Positions 17,768 to 26,181 of a DNA stretch of 30,878 nucleotides are shown here, piece after piece. The stretch is from Promethearchaeota archaeon (GTDB lineage Archaea > Asgardarchaeota > Lokiarchaeia > Sigyniarchaeales > SOKP01), in assembly GCA_048940925.1 (NCBI GenBank), contig JBHLOC010000013.1, forward strand, positions 1 to 30,878, read 5' to 3'. How positions within the stretch are numbered: position 1 is the stretch's first letter; the number at the start of each line of letters is the position of its first letter. The notes beneath the pieces were generated by a model. That model did not search any database. It was not told where the DNA came from and saw nothing but the letters and a program-made list of their open reading frames with translations. A program made the position numbers and the translations under genes.

Positions 17768-20137
17768 TTACTTTAGAGCAATATTACTTACTTGTGAGAC
17801 GATATCAGCAAATTTTTTTCCTTCTGCCGCAGAAACCCATTCTATGATAAACCTCTCGTCAGAAATATTATTTCTCCTCATCCAACTTCTAATCTTTTTT
17901 TCTCGTTTTATGGCAAAATCATTTCCAGAAATGTAATGACAATCTTGCGGATGGCATCCTGTCAACATAACAGCTCCAGCTCCGCGGTTGAAACAATGTT
18001 TAATAAAGGAAATTTTTACTCGTCCTGAACACATAGTTCTAACTATTCTTGTATTAGTTGGATATTGGATTCGACTGGTTCCAGCCAAATCAGCTCCCGC
18101 ATATGAACACCAATTACAAGCAAAAATCAATACCTTCTCTGATGCATTTTCACGAAGAGCTATATCAATCTGTCTGAGAATCATGGCATCTGTGAAATTT
18201 GTCATGGTAATAGCATCTGTAGGGCAATCTGCCGCACATGTTCCACAACCTTTACATAATACTGGATTAATTCGTGCAGGTGTTTTTTTTTCTCGATCAA
18301 CACTAATGGCACCATAAGGACAACGAGATACACATGTCCCACAACTAGTACACTTATCTGTATCCACATATGCATATAAAGGTTCTACATGGTATTCATC
18401 TTTTGAAAGTAAATTTCCACAACGTCCTGCTGCTGCACTAGCTTGTGTAACAGTTTCCCTAATATCTTTTGGTGACTCTGCTCCACCAGCAATAAAAATA
18501 CCATCAGTTGGAGTATCTACTGGTCGAAGCTTAGGATGTGCTTCAATGTAAAAACCTTTTGGATCCTTCGCAATCGGGAAGGGAATTACTCCTGATGATC
18601 CTTCAACTCCTATAGAAAGGACTACTAAATCAAACTCTTCAGAAAGAATTGCTCCAGTGCTTATATTCTCAACAATGATAATAAGATTATTATTGATTGG
18701 ATTTCTCTTAATCTGACCAGGACGACCACGTATAAATAAAACGCCTTCTTCCCGTGATCGGGAATATAGTTCTTCAAATCCTTTACCAAAAGCTCTAATG
18801 TCAATAAAGAATATTGTAACCTCAACATCAGGCCAATGTTCTTTAATTAAAAGACTATCCTTTATACTTTCCATACAACAGAAGTTAGAACAGTAAGGAT
18901 TAAATCTCTTATCACGGGATCCTACACAATTAATAAATGCAATTTTTTTTGGTTTCTTAAGATCGCTAGGACGTACAAGTTCTCCATTTGTTGGTCCTGC
19001 TGCATTAATTAACCTTTCGAATTCAAAGGTGGTTATAACGTTAGAATAATTACCCCATCCATATTCAGGAAGTTTTGAAGCATCAAAAAGTTCAAATCCC
19101 ACTGCTATAATAATGGCTCCAACTTTAAATTTAAAAATCTTTTCGGAATCCTCATAGTTGATAGCTTCTTTTTCACATTCAGGAACGCATTTTCCACAAA
19201 CTAGAGGAGAGAGACCTAAACAGCTCTTTTCATCAATTATATAACTCGCTGGCACTGCTTGTGGATATGGGATATATATTGCCTTCCTCCAGCCTAGGTT
19301 GCCAGAATACTCATCAACAACGTTTTCAGGGCAAACTGAGACGCAATCCCCACATGCAGTACAGAGATTTTCATCTACATAACGCGGTGATTTTTTAACT
19401 GTAACTTCAAAATTTCCAATGTAACCAGAGATTCCTGTAACTTCAGCACAGGAAATTAAAGTAATATTCTCATGATTGCCCACGTCAGCCATTTTGGGAC
19501 CTAAAATGCAGATTGAACAATCCATAGTAGGAAAAGTCTTATCGATGAGGGCCATCCTTCCTCCAATGGTAGGTGCCTTCTCAACAAGAATGACCTCATG
19601 ATCATCTGCCAAATCTAAGGCAGCTTGAATTCCTGCTACTCCTCCTCCAATGATTAAGACTTTTGGAGTAATTGGTACAACAATATCATCTATTGCTTCT
19701 AATAACTCAGCTTTAGCGATAGCCATTTCAATAATTTCTTTAGCTTTTTTGGTTGCCTCTTCTTTTTCTGAAAGATGTACCCAACTACACTGTTCTCGTA
19801 TATTAGCCACTTCTACTAGCGAAGGATTTATTCCCACTCGAGTTAAAAGCTTTTTCCAAGTGGGACCATGCAATCGAGGGGAACATGCAGCTATAACAAC
19901 CTTTTCTACACCCTGCTCCTTAATTGCCGTTTCAATTTCTACTTGTCCTGGATCAGAGCAGGTATAAGTATTAACTTGTACGAGTTTAACCCTTTTATCT
20001 TCTTCAAGTTCTTTTGCTAATTGATCAATATCAACGGTTCCACCTATATTCTTTCCACATTTACATAGAAAAACGCCAATATTAGATTCAATTTCAGCTT
20101 TATCTTTAAAATCAGTTTTATCCTTACTTTCAGTCAT
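17768..20137 (-). CDS. hdrA: heterodisulfide reductase subunit A-like flavoprotein fused to MvhD [2Fe-2S] subunit
   Basis: IGVFLCKCG, AACSP, NIREQCSWVH, IGGGVAG (FAD), KTFPTMDCSICI, CVGSRD, YCSNFCC and ferredoxin motifs; C-terminal FACNWCSYAGADLAG, MCSGRV and GCHPQDCHY match MvhD. Confidence 0.93.
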   Translation of the reverse strand: MTESKDKTDFKDKAEIESNIGVFLCKCGKNIGGTVDIDQLAKELEEDKRVKLVQVNTYTCSDPGQVEIETAIKEQGVEKVVIAACSPRLHGPTWKKLLTRVGINPSLVEVANIREQCSWVHLSEKEEATKKAKEIIEMAIAKAELLEAIDDIVVPITPKVLIIGGGVAGIQAALDLADDHEVILVEKAPTIGGRMALIDKTFPTMDCSICILGPKMADVGNHENITLISCAEVTGISGYIGNFEVTVKKSPRYVDENLCTACGDCVSVCPENVVDEYSGNLGWRKAIYIPYPQAVPASYIIDEKSCLGLSPLVCGKCVPECEKEAINYEDSEKIFKFKVGAIIIAVGFELFDASKLPEYGWGNYSNVITTFEFERLINAAGPTNGELVRPSDLKKPKKIAFINCVGSRDKRFNPYCSNFCCMESIKDSLLIKEHWPDVEVTIFFIDIRAFGKGFEELYSRSREEGVLFIRGRPGQIKRNPINNNLIIIVENISTGAILSEEFDLVVLSIGVEGSSGVIPFPIAKDPKGFYIEAHPKLRPVDTPTDGIFIAGGAESPKDIRETVTQASAAAGRCGNLLSKDEYHVEPLYAYVDTDKCTSCGTCVSRCPYGAISVDREKKTPARINPVLCKGCGTCAADCPTDAITMTNFTDAMILRQIDIALRENASEKVLIFACNWCSYAGADLAGTSRIQYPTNTRIVRTMCSGRVKISFIKHCFNRGAGAVMLTGCHPQDCHYISGNDFAIKREKKIRSWMRRNNISDERFIIEWVSAAEGKKFADIVSQVSNIALK

Positions 20138-20155
20138 AAATTTATCAACTATCTT

Positions 20156-21019
20156 TTATTTAACTTTCTTTTTTCTTGCTTGAATTCGAACTTGTTCTAT
20201 TTTTTTGCTAAATCCTTCTCGCTCCTCTTCAACAAATTCACCGCATATAATAATCCCTTTCTTGTAATCATAAGTAGCTTCGTGAGGTGGCCAATCAACT
20301 TTAATCTTAATTTGCTTTTTTAACCAGTCTAACATCTCCACCGCACCACCTAACCTATTTTTAGACCCATATTGGACAAAACAAGGAGCAAGGACCTCTA
20401 TAAAACTGAATCCTTGATTGTCTAAACATTTAAAAATGCTCTTCTGTAATCTAAGGGTGTCGTATCCTGGCCATCTCGCAACATATGTAGCTCCTGCTGA
20501 AGCTGCTAAACTTACCAAATTAAAAGGAGGCTCCACATTACCATATGGTGTTGTAGCAGTTATATCGCCAAGCTGACTTGTAGGGGCTACTTGTCCTCCT
20601 GTCATGCCATATATATTGTTATTTATACAAAGAACAGTTAACTCTATATTTCTTCTTGCTGCATGGATAAAATGATTCCCTCCTATAGCAAAAAGATCTC
20701 CATCTCCCGATAAAACTATAACCTTTAATTTAGGATTTGCTAATTTTATACCAGTTGCAAAAGGTATAGCTCTCCCATGGGTAGTATGGAAAGCAGGTGC
20801 TTTAAAACAACCGCTGGAACGACCAGTACATCCTATGCCAGAGACAATGGCATAATCCTCAAATGTCAATCCCCTTTCTTTTAAACAGGTGGTAATTGAT
20901 GTAATTACTGTTCCAATTAAACAGCCAGGACAGAAAATAAATCGGTTTAAATTTAACATATCAATTAGGGGGTTACTAAGAGTTTCAGAAGGGATTGATT
21001 TTTGATCTGTTGGACTCAT
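20156..21019 (-). CDS. korB: 2-oxoacid (2-oxoglutarate-type):ferredoxin oxidoreductase beta subunit
   Basis: CPGC, SGIGCTGR, HTTHGRAIPFATG, GDGD...NNNIYGMTGGQ, LAPC in canonical order. Confidence 0.9.
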   Translation of the reverse strand: MSPTDQKSIPSETLSNPLIDMLNLNRFIFCPGCLIGTVITSITTCLKERGLTFEDYAIVSGIGCTGRSSGCFKAPAFHTTHGRAIPFATGIKLANPKLKVIVLSGDGDLFAIGGNHFIHAARRNIELTVLCINNNIYGMTGGQVAPTSQLGDITATTPYGNVEPPFNLVSLAASAGATYVARWPGYDTLRLQKSIFKCLDNQGFSFIEVLAPCFVQYGSKNRLGGAVEMLDWLKKQIKIKVDWPPHEATYDYKKGIIICGEFVEEEREGFSKKIEQVRIQARKKKVK

Positions 21020-21022
21020 AAG

Positions 21023-22168
21023 TTAAACCTCCTTCATCAATTTTTCATAAATAAAGGTTGGACTAAAAGGTATAGTGGTCGGAATTGTAATGCCTGAAAC
21101 AGTAAACAAATGTCGAAATCTCTCGACTTCTCTAATTATCATTCCATAATTCATCTCACAAACGATAACTTTTGAAACCCCCATTTGTCCTATTCTTTCC
21201 ATTAGTTCATCAGGAAAGGGCCATAGAGTTTTTAATCTTACTAGTCCCACCTTATATCCTTTTTGGCGAGCTTGATCAACGGCTTCTTGCACACCTCTAG
21301 CATTAATTCCATAAGCTAATAAAACGATGTCGGCATTTTCTAAATGTTTCTCCTCCCAATTATTAATTAAAGGTCTTGCTTTTCTGATCTTTTCACATAA
21401 CCGTTTAATCAGCACTTCTGCTCCTTCTGGTGTCATTATTGGATTACCCTCTATATCATGAGTTAGCCCAGTAACATAAAAGGAATAGTTAGTTCCAGCT
21501 ATAGCCATTCCGGGTACTAAATCGTCATCAAAAGCTTCAAATGGTTTATATTTCTCAGGAGGGACTTGGGGTTTTTTACGCTCAATTAATTCAATATTGG
21601 AATGGAGATTAACTGCTTCCATCATCTGTCCTAAAATAGCATCTGAAGCGACAATCACTGGTATACGATATTTCTCAGATAAATTAAATGCTTGTATGGT
21701 TAAATCATACATTTCCTGAACCGTAGATGGGGCTAATACAATTATTTCATAATCACCATGGGAAGCATATCTCATTTGAAACACGTCAGACTGAGATGCA
21801 TTAGTGGGTTGTCCTGTACTAGGACCTCCTCTCATTACTGATACGATAACTGCTGGAGCTTCTAACATCATGCCCAAACCTATACTTTCAGCCATAAGAG
21901 AAAGTCCGGGTCCAGAAGTCGCAGTCATAACTTTTTTTCCCGCATATGATGCACCAAAACAGCTTGTGATTGAAGCAAGTTCATCTTCCATTTGAACAAA
22001 TGTTCCATTCACCTCAGGAAGTCGTCTTGACATATAAGCAGCAATTTCTGAGGATGGTGTGATTGGATAACCCGCGAAATAAAGACATCCTGCTGTAATC
22101 GCACCCTCTGCACAAGCATAATTTCCGGTTGTGATTATTCTTCTTTCTCGGGAATTTATTTTACTCAT
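21023..22168 (-). CDS. korA: 2-oxoacid (2-oxoglutarate-type):ferredoxin oxidoreductase alpha subunit
   Basis: GYPITPSSEI, QMEDELAS, TATSGPG, RGGPSTGQPT, TLWPFP, EMNYG. Start revised to ATG 22168 (MSKINSRER, 381 aa), which has an AAGGAG RBS and overlaps the end of korD. Confidence 0.9.
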   Translation of the reverse strand: MSKINSRERRIITTGNYACAEGAITAGCLYFAGYPITPSSEIAAYMSRRLPEVNGTFVQMEDELASITSCFGASYAGKKVMTATSGPGLSLMAESIGLGMMLEAPAVIVSVMRGGPSTGQPTNASQSDVFQMRYASHGDYEIIVLAPSTVQEMYDLTIQAFNLSEKYRIPVIVASDAILGQMMEAVNLHSNIELIERKKPQVPPEKYKPFEAFDDDLVPGMAIAGTNYSFYVTGLTHDIEGNPIMTPEGAEVLIKRLCEKIRKARPLINNWEEKHLENADIVLLAYGINARGVQEAVDQARQKGYKVGLVRLKTLWPFPDELMERIGQMGVSKVIVCEMNYGMIIREVERFRHLFTVSGITIPTTIPFSPTFIYEKLMKEV

Positions 22169-22448
22169 TGAGTATACTCTCCTTAATATCTGTTTCCAAA
22201 ATAAATAATGAAACTGTAGGACATAATCGTTCACATTGCCTGCATCCTGCACATTCATCAGGTTTAACGACGAAAGCATAGTGGAGCATACGGCTATTAA
22301 ACTTTTCTTCACTTATTGCTATGATATCTTTTGGACAGAATGACAAACATAATTCACAACCATCACATTGTTCGGAGTCTATAAATATTTCATATTTTTT
22401 CTCGGGAGAAGGAGGTGGTAGAATGGGTGATCGTTTAGAATTTAACAT
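22161..22448 (-). CDS. korD: 2x[4Fe-4S] ferredoxin, oxidoreductase delta subunit
   Basis: CDGCELCLSFCP and CAGCRQCERLCP; GAGGA RBS; directly upstream of korA. Confidence 0.9.
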   Translation of the reverse strand: MLNSKRSPILPPPSPEKKYEIFIDSEQCDGCELCLSFCPKDIIAISEEKFNSRMLHYAFVVKPDECAGCRQCERLCPTVSLFILETDIKESILNE

Positions 22449-22639
22449 TTTTCAATCCTCTTATAAACATATACTTCAGACTTTTATTTATTCTATTATG
22501 CTTAAAAAAAAATGGTTCTCTTTTAAATTTGCTTTTTCATAGTATAAGTAATACATTAAATAGGGATTTCTACTAATGAAATTAGCTTGCAAAGATAATA
22601 AAAGTTGAATATTATAATGATTTATTTAAGAAAAATAAT

Positions 22640-23206
22640 TTACTGTGATTTATTTGTTAATTCCTTATAGAGCTCTTGACCAAGGTGATAACACTGAATA
22701 TTAACAGCTCTAAACCTTTTTGGCATACTATTTAAAACTTGGTCATAAAATTCTTCCTTTATATCAAATTTTCCACTCTCTTTAAGATATTGAGAAAGAA
22801 AGCCTAAACAAAGAATATTCGCGTTCTTAGCCATTTTTTCTTCATCAGCTCGTCGCGTAATTGGAACTCGATGTAATTCACCTTTTTGAATGATTTCTTC
22901 GGCATTATCAATTGTATGGGCATCAATAAAGGAAAGTGTTTTTTCATTAATGCATTCAGAGGCACGTTCGAATCCATTTTGATCTATAGCAATAAAAATA
23001 TCCGCATCTTTATCGCAGAATGGATATGAGATAGGAGCAGAATTTAGAATAACATCACAAAAAATAGGACCCCCTCTGACGGAAGGTGTATAATCAACTG
23101 CGAGTGTAGCATAATAATCAGCAGCCATGGCAATTCGAACTAATACAGTTCCTAGAAATTTAATACCTTGCCCGCCACGACCAGAAAACCGTAATTTTAA
23201 CTTCAT
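22640..23206 (-). CDS. korC: 2-oxoacid:ferredoxin oxidoreductase gamma subunit
   Basis: RFSGRGGQG, YTPSVRGG, ANILCLG; 191 nt upstream of korD. Confidence 0.85.
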   Translation of the reverse strand: MKLKLRFSGRGGQGIKFLGTVLVRIAMAADYYATLAVDYTPSVRGGPIFCDVILNSAPISYPFCDKDADIFIAIDQNGFERASECINEKTLSFIDAHTIDNAEEIIQKGELHRVPITRRADEEKMAKNANILCLGFLSQYLKESGKFDIKEEFYDQVLNSMPKRFRAVNIQCYHLGQELYKELTNKSQ

Positions 23207-23313
23207 AAATATTACTATTAATAAATGTACCTTGAAAATTATTATGGTAAATTATTATTATTATTTTATTAATTAAATAGGAAAAAATAAAAAATAATAA
23301 AACTATTATGTTT

Positions 23314-23480
23314 TTAAAATATCTCAGGAGACTGATATTCTCCGAATATCTCTCTTAAGACATCACAAATTTCTTGTATAGTAGCATAATTTTTAACCAT
23401 TTCAATTATAATCAGCATAAAATTTTTAGTGGAATTTACAACTTTTTAATTTTTTCTCGTTTATCTTTTACAAATTTCAT
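23314..23480 (-). pseudogene. remnant of a methylmalonyl-CoA/acyl-CoA mutase large subunit
   Basis: NFMLIIIEMVKNYATIQEICDVLREIFGEYQSPEIF* (stop 23314-23316) matches the NLMP.I..AVK.YAT.GEI..VLREVFGEY C-terminus of split mutases. An RBS plus ATG at 23480 reaches a stop after 14 codons. Confidence 0.7.
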
Positions 23481-23499
23481 ATTTTTTCTCCTTATACGA

Positions 23500-23853
23500 T
23501 TAAATTGGCTCAAATAAATAACTATACACTGCTTTTCCATCTAAATCATTACAAATTTTTACATATATAGGCTTTAGTTCCATCCCTGTTTCTAAATTTT
23601 CTTGTGTTGTTATTTGTCCAAGTGCTTTAATTCCATTATCAAATTCTACGACTCCAAGAGCATAAGAATCTTGATTTCGAAATTCAGCGGGAGGTGCTTT
23701 TAAAATAGTATAAGTTAATAACCTGCAAGTTCCTGAAGCTTTAATTATAGAAAATCCCTTATTTTTGCAATTTAAACATCTTAAATGTGATATATGTTGT
23801 AAAAATCCACAATTATTGCATTTTTTCCATTTAATATTTTCTTCATGGTTCAT
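23500..23853 (-). CDS. DUF35/ChsH2-like Zn-ribbon OB-fold protein
   Basis: CNNCG...CLNC Zn ribbon followed by LLTYT...PP..F...YALGVVEFDNG...GQI OB fold. Confidence 0.88.
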   Translation of the reverse strand: MNHEENIKWKKCNNCGFLQHISHLRCLNCKNKGFSIIKASGTCRLLTYTILKAPPAEFRNQDSYALGVVEFDNGIKALGQITTQENLETGMELKPIYVKICNDLDGKAVYSYLFEPI

Positions 23854-23984
23854 TTTTAATGTCTACTAATTTCAGTTATTTATGGAAAAAATTACAGATG
23901 TAAAATAATTTTTTATAAAACTCTAGCTTTTATATCTATTTTTTTTAATTTTGAAAAAATTATACTTTTTTATAGTTCAAAACC

Positions 23985-26027
23985 TTAAACTATAAATATT
24001 TCTGTTATAAGGGGTTCAAGAGCTGGAATATCATTTAATTCAACAATTCGGCTTGTATTATAGAATTTATTAAGCGTTTGCCATATAGGAGTAATATTAA
24101 AAATTTGTTCCGTAAATTTTCTTAATCTTTGTTTCGCTAGATACGTCTGACCTTTAAATATATAGCATACTGAAAATGTGTTAACAGTTCGTAAAAGAAT
24201 AGTATATTCTCCAAATTTTGCTCTATCAAGTCCCTTAGAAAAAAATTCTCCACTAAAAGTATTAAATGCTGTTAAAAAACTACTTAAAAGATCTTCTTCA
24301 AATGCCCACTTTTTGGAAAATTGGTTGGAAAATAAGGGAAATCCTCCTTCTCCGATAATTAGAAGTAATACAGGCACTTCATGAACTAATTTTGGTGGTT
24401 TAACTACACTTTTACCTTCCATACGATCAAAAAGCCCATCAAAAGAGGCTAATTTTATACGTTCTGACATAGGAGCATTTTCTTCCTTAAGTTTCTCCCA
24501 AACACTAACTTGTTCTAATAATTTATCATGTTCCTCTGATATTTTTAAAGCTAACAGATTAAGACCATTTAGTTCGGCAATACGTTGAGCTTGAGTTAAT
24601 AATTTCTTTGTATCATCGATTTTCATTTGGATCAATGCTAGCTTAGCTTGCAACAATTTAGTTTCTGCTAACCATAAATAGGAATGGTGCCTTTCTGCTG
24701 CTAAAAGCATTTTGCTAATTAGGGGATCTAAATCATCCAAGACTTCTTGATTATTAGTTATATTCAATTCTTCTAAGTAAAGTTCACATAGATTAATTAT
24801 TGATAGGTGATAAAGTATAGGAGCAGCAATGTCAGTTGAAATAATTTTATTTAGCAATTTTTCAGCGTCTGTAAGATATCGAATTCGACCACTTTTTTTC
24901 CATACTAATGCCTTAGCTATTTGATATGCCTGAGTAAACGCTTTGCTTTCTGTTTTATTAGTTACTATCTCTAACTTTCCTAAATATTGTTTTGCCCTCT
25001 CAAGATTATTTTTATCAAGATTAATCAAAACTAAATGTAAAAGGGAAGAAAGTATTCCATAAGGGAATCCAAACTTTTCAGAAAATGCAAGGCAGCGTTC
25101 TACACTCTCTAATGCCTTATTAAAGTCACCCTTCATCCTATATGTATTTCCAATACTTAATAAGTTTAATGCTAATTCATTAGTATATCCTTCTTTTTCT
25201 GCTAGAATAACAGACCGGTTATTATATCTTAATGCTCGATCTAATTCACCTCTATTTTTATAAACAGCTCCTATAGTATTTAAAACTTCAATTTTTGTGA
25301 GAATATTAATTTCTTTAATCAATAAACTCTTTTTGCTTAACTTCAATGCACGATTGAAATCCCCTTTTACATAATAGATAAGACCAATCAGTGACAAACT
25401 CGTTGCAATACCAACTTGATTACTTAATTTTTCTTGTGAATTTAAACTCTTTATGGCATACTCTAAAGCAGAATCATGTTCGCCTTTATACACATAAATA
25501 TACCCAATTTCAAAATAGATACGTGCAAGATCTAATATTTTACCGATTTGTTTTCCAATTTCTAAACATTCTAATGCTAAATCTAAAGCCTTATCGAGAT
25601 CATCTTGTAAACAATATTCATGTGTTTTAATTAAAAAAAGTTCCAGTTTAAGTCTTAAGAAATCTGGGTAGGATTTATTAGTAATAGAATCAAATATTTT
25701 CTCAGCTTCTAAAACAAGTTCATGTCCTTTCTTAAAATTTCCTAAGAATATAATGTGAGCTTTAATTATAAGAGCATCAAGGTATTCAGGACCTTCTTTA
25801 TGTTTTTGACTCATAAGATAGGCATGGTCCCCAAATTCTATCGCCCTTTTAAAAAACCCATTATTACAATATATCCTACCTTTTAAAATAAGTAAAGCAA
25901 GTTGGTCTTTAGAAGATATTCCTTCTCTTTCTTCGAATTTTGTAAGGATCTCAAGTGCATCCTCAAATCTACCTTTATACATCAAACTTTCTGCATTTAT
26001 TAATTCCTCTGATTTTGAATTGGACAA
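23985..26027 (-). CDS. tetratricopeptide-repeat protein with a C-terminal longin/roadblock-like domain
   Basis: Several TPR units (IGYIYVYKGEHDSALEY, IGLIYYVKGDFNRALKL, IGAVYKNRGELDRALRY, IGNTYRMKGDFNKALES); alpha/beta tail VLLLIIGEGGFPLFS...LLSSFLTAFNTF. TTG start uncertain; the tail fold is inference. Confidence 0.8.
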   Translation of the reverse strand: MSNSKSEELINAESLMYKGRFEDALEILTKFEEREGISSKDQLALLILKGRIYCNNGFFKRAIEFGDHAYLMSQKHKEGPEYLDALIIKAHIIFLGNFKKGHELVLEAEKIFDSITNKSYPDFLRLKLELFLIKTHEYCLQDDLDKALDLALECLEIGKQIGKILDLARIYFEIGYIYVYKGEHDSALEYAIKSLNSQEKLSNQVGIATSLSLIGLIYYVKGDFNRALKLSKKSLLIKEINILTKIEVLNTIGAVYKNRGELDRALRYNNRSVILAEKEGYTNELALNLLSIGNTYRMKGDFNKALESVERCLAFSEKFGFPYGILSSLLHLVLINLDKNNLERAKQYLGKLEIVTNKTESKAFTQAYQIAKALVWKKSGRIRYLTDAEKLLNKIISTDIAAPILYHLSIINLCELYLEELNITNNQEVLDDLDPLISKMLLAAERHHSYLWLAETKLLQAKLALIQMKIDDTKKLLTQAQRIAELNGLNLLALKISEEHDKLLEQVSVWEKLKEENAPMSERIKLASFDGLFDRMEGKSVVKPPKLVHEVPVLLLIIGEGGFPLFSNQFSKKWAFEEDLLSSFLTAFNTFSGEFFSKGLDRAKFGEYTILLRTVNTFSVCYIFKGQTYLAKQRLRKFTEQIFNITPIWQTLNKFYNTSRIVELNDIPALEPLITEIFIV

Positions 26028-26181
26028 AATTAATTTAGCTCCAGATTTCAGAATTTATTCTCATAAAAGAATATTATTTGAGAAATGAATTCGTATATAT
26101 TCTAAAGAAGAAAATTTTGTTTAAAATATTTTGTAATGATTATAATAAGGAATCTTCTTTTCCTCGTCTTTTAATCATAAT

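Noticed and set aside
17768-20137. Selenocysteine in HdrA or MvhD
   Set aside because: The ORF is uninterrupted and the relevant positions are Cys (DCSIC, CNWC, DCHY).
22169-22312. 48-aa N-terminal extension of KorA in the ORF track
   Set aside because: It overlaps korD in another frame; homology and the RBS point to ATG 22168.
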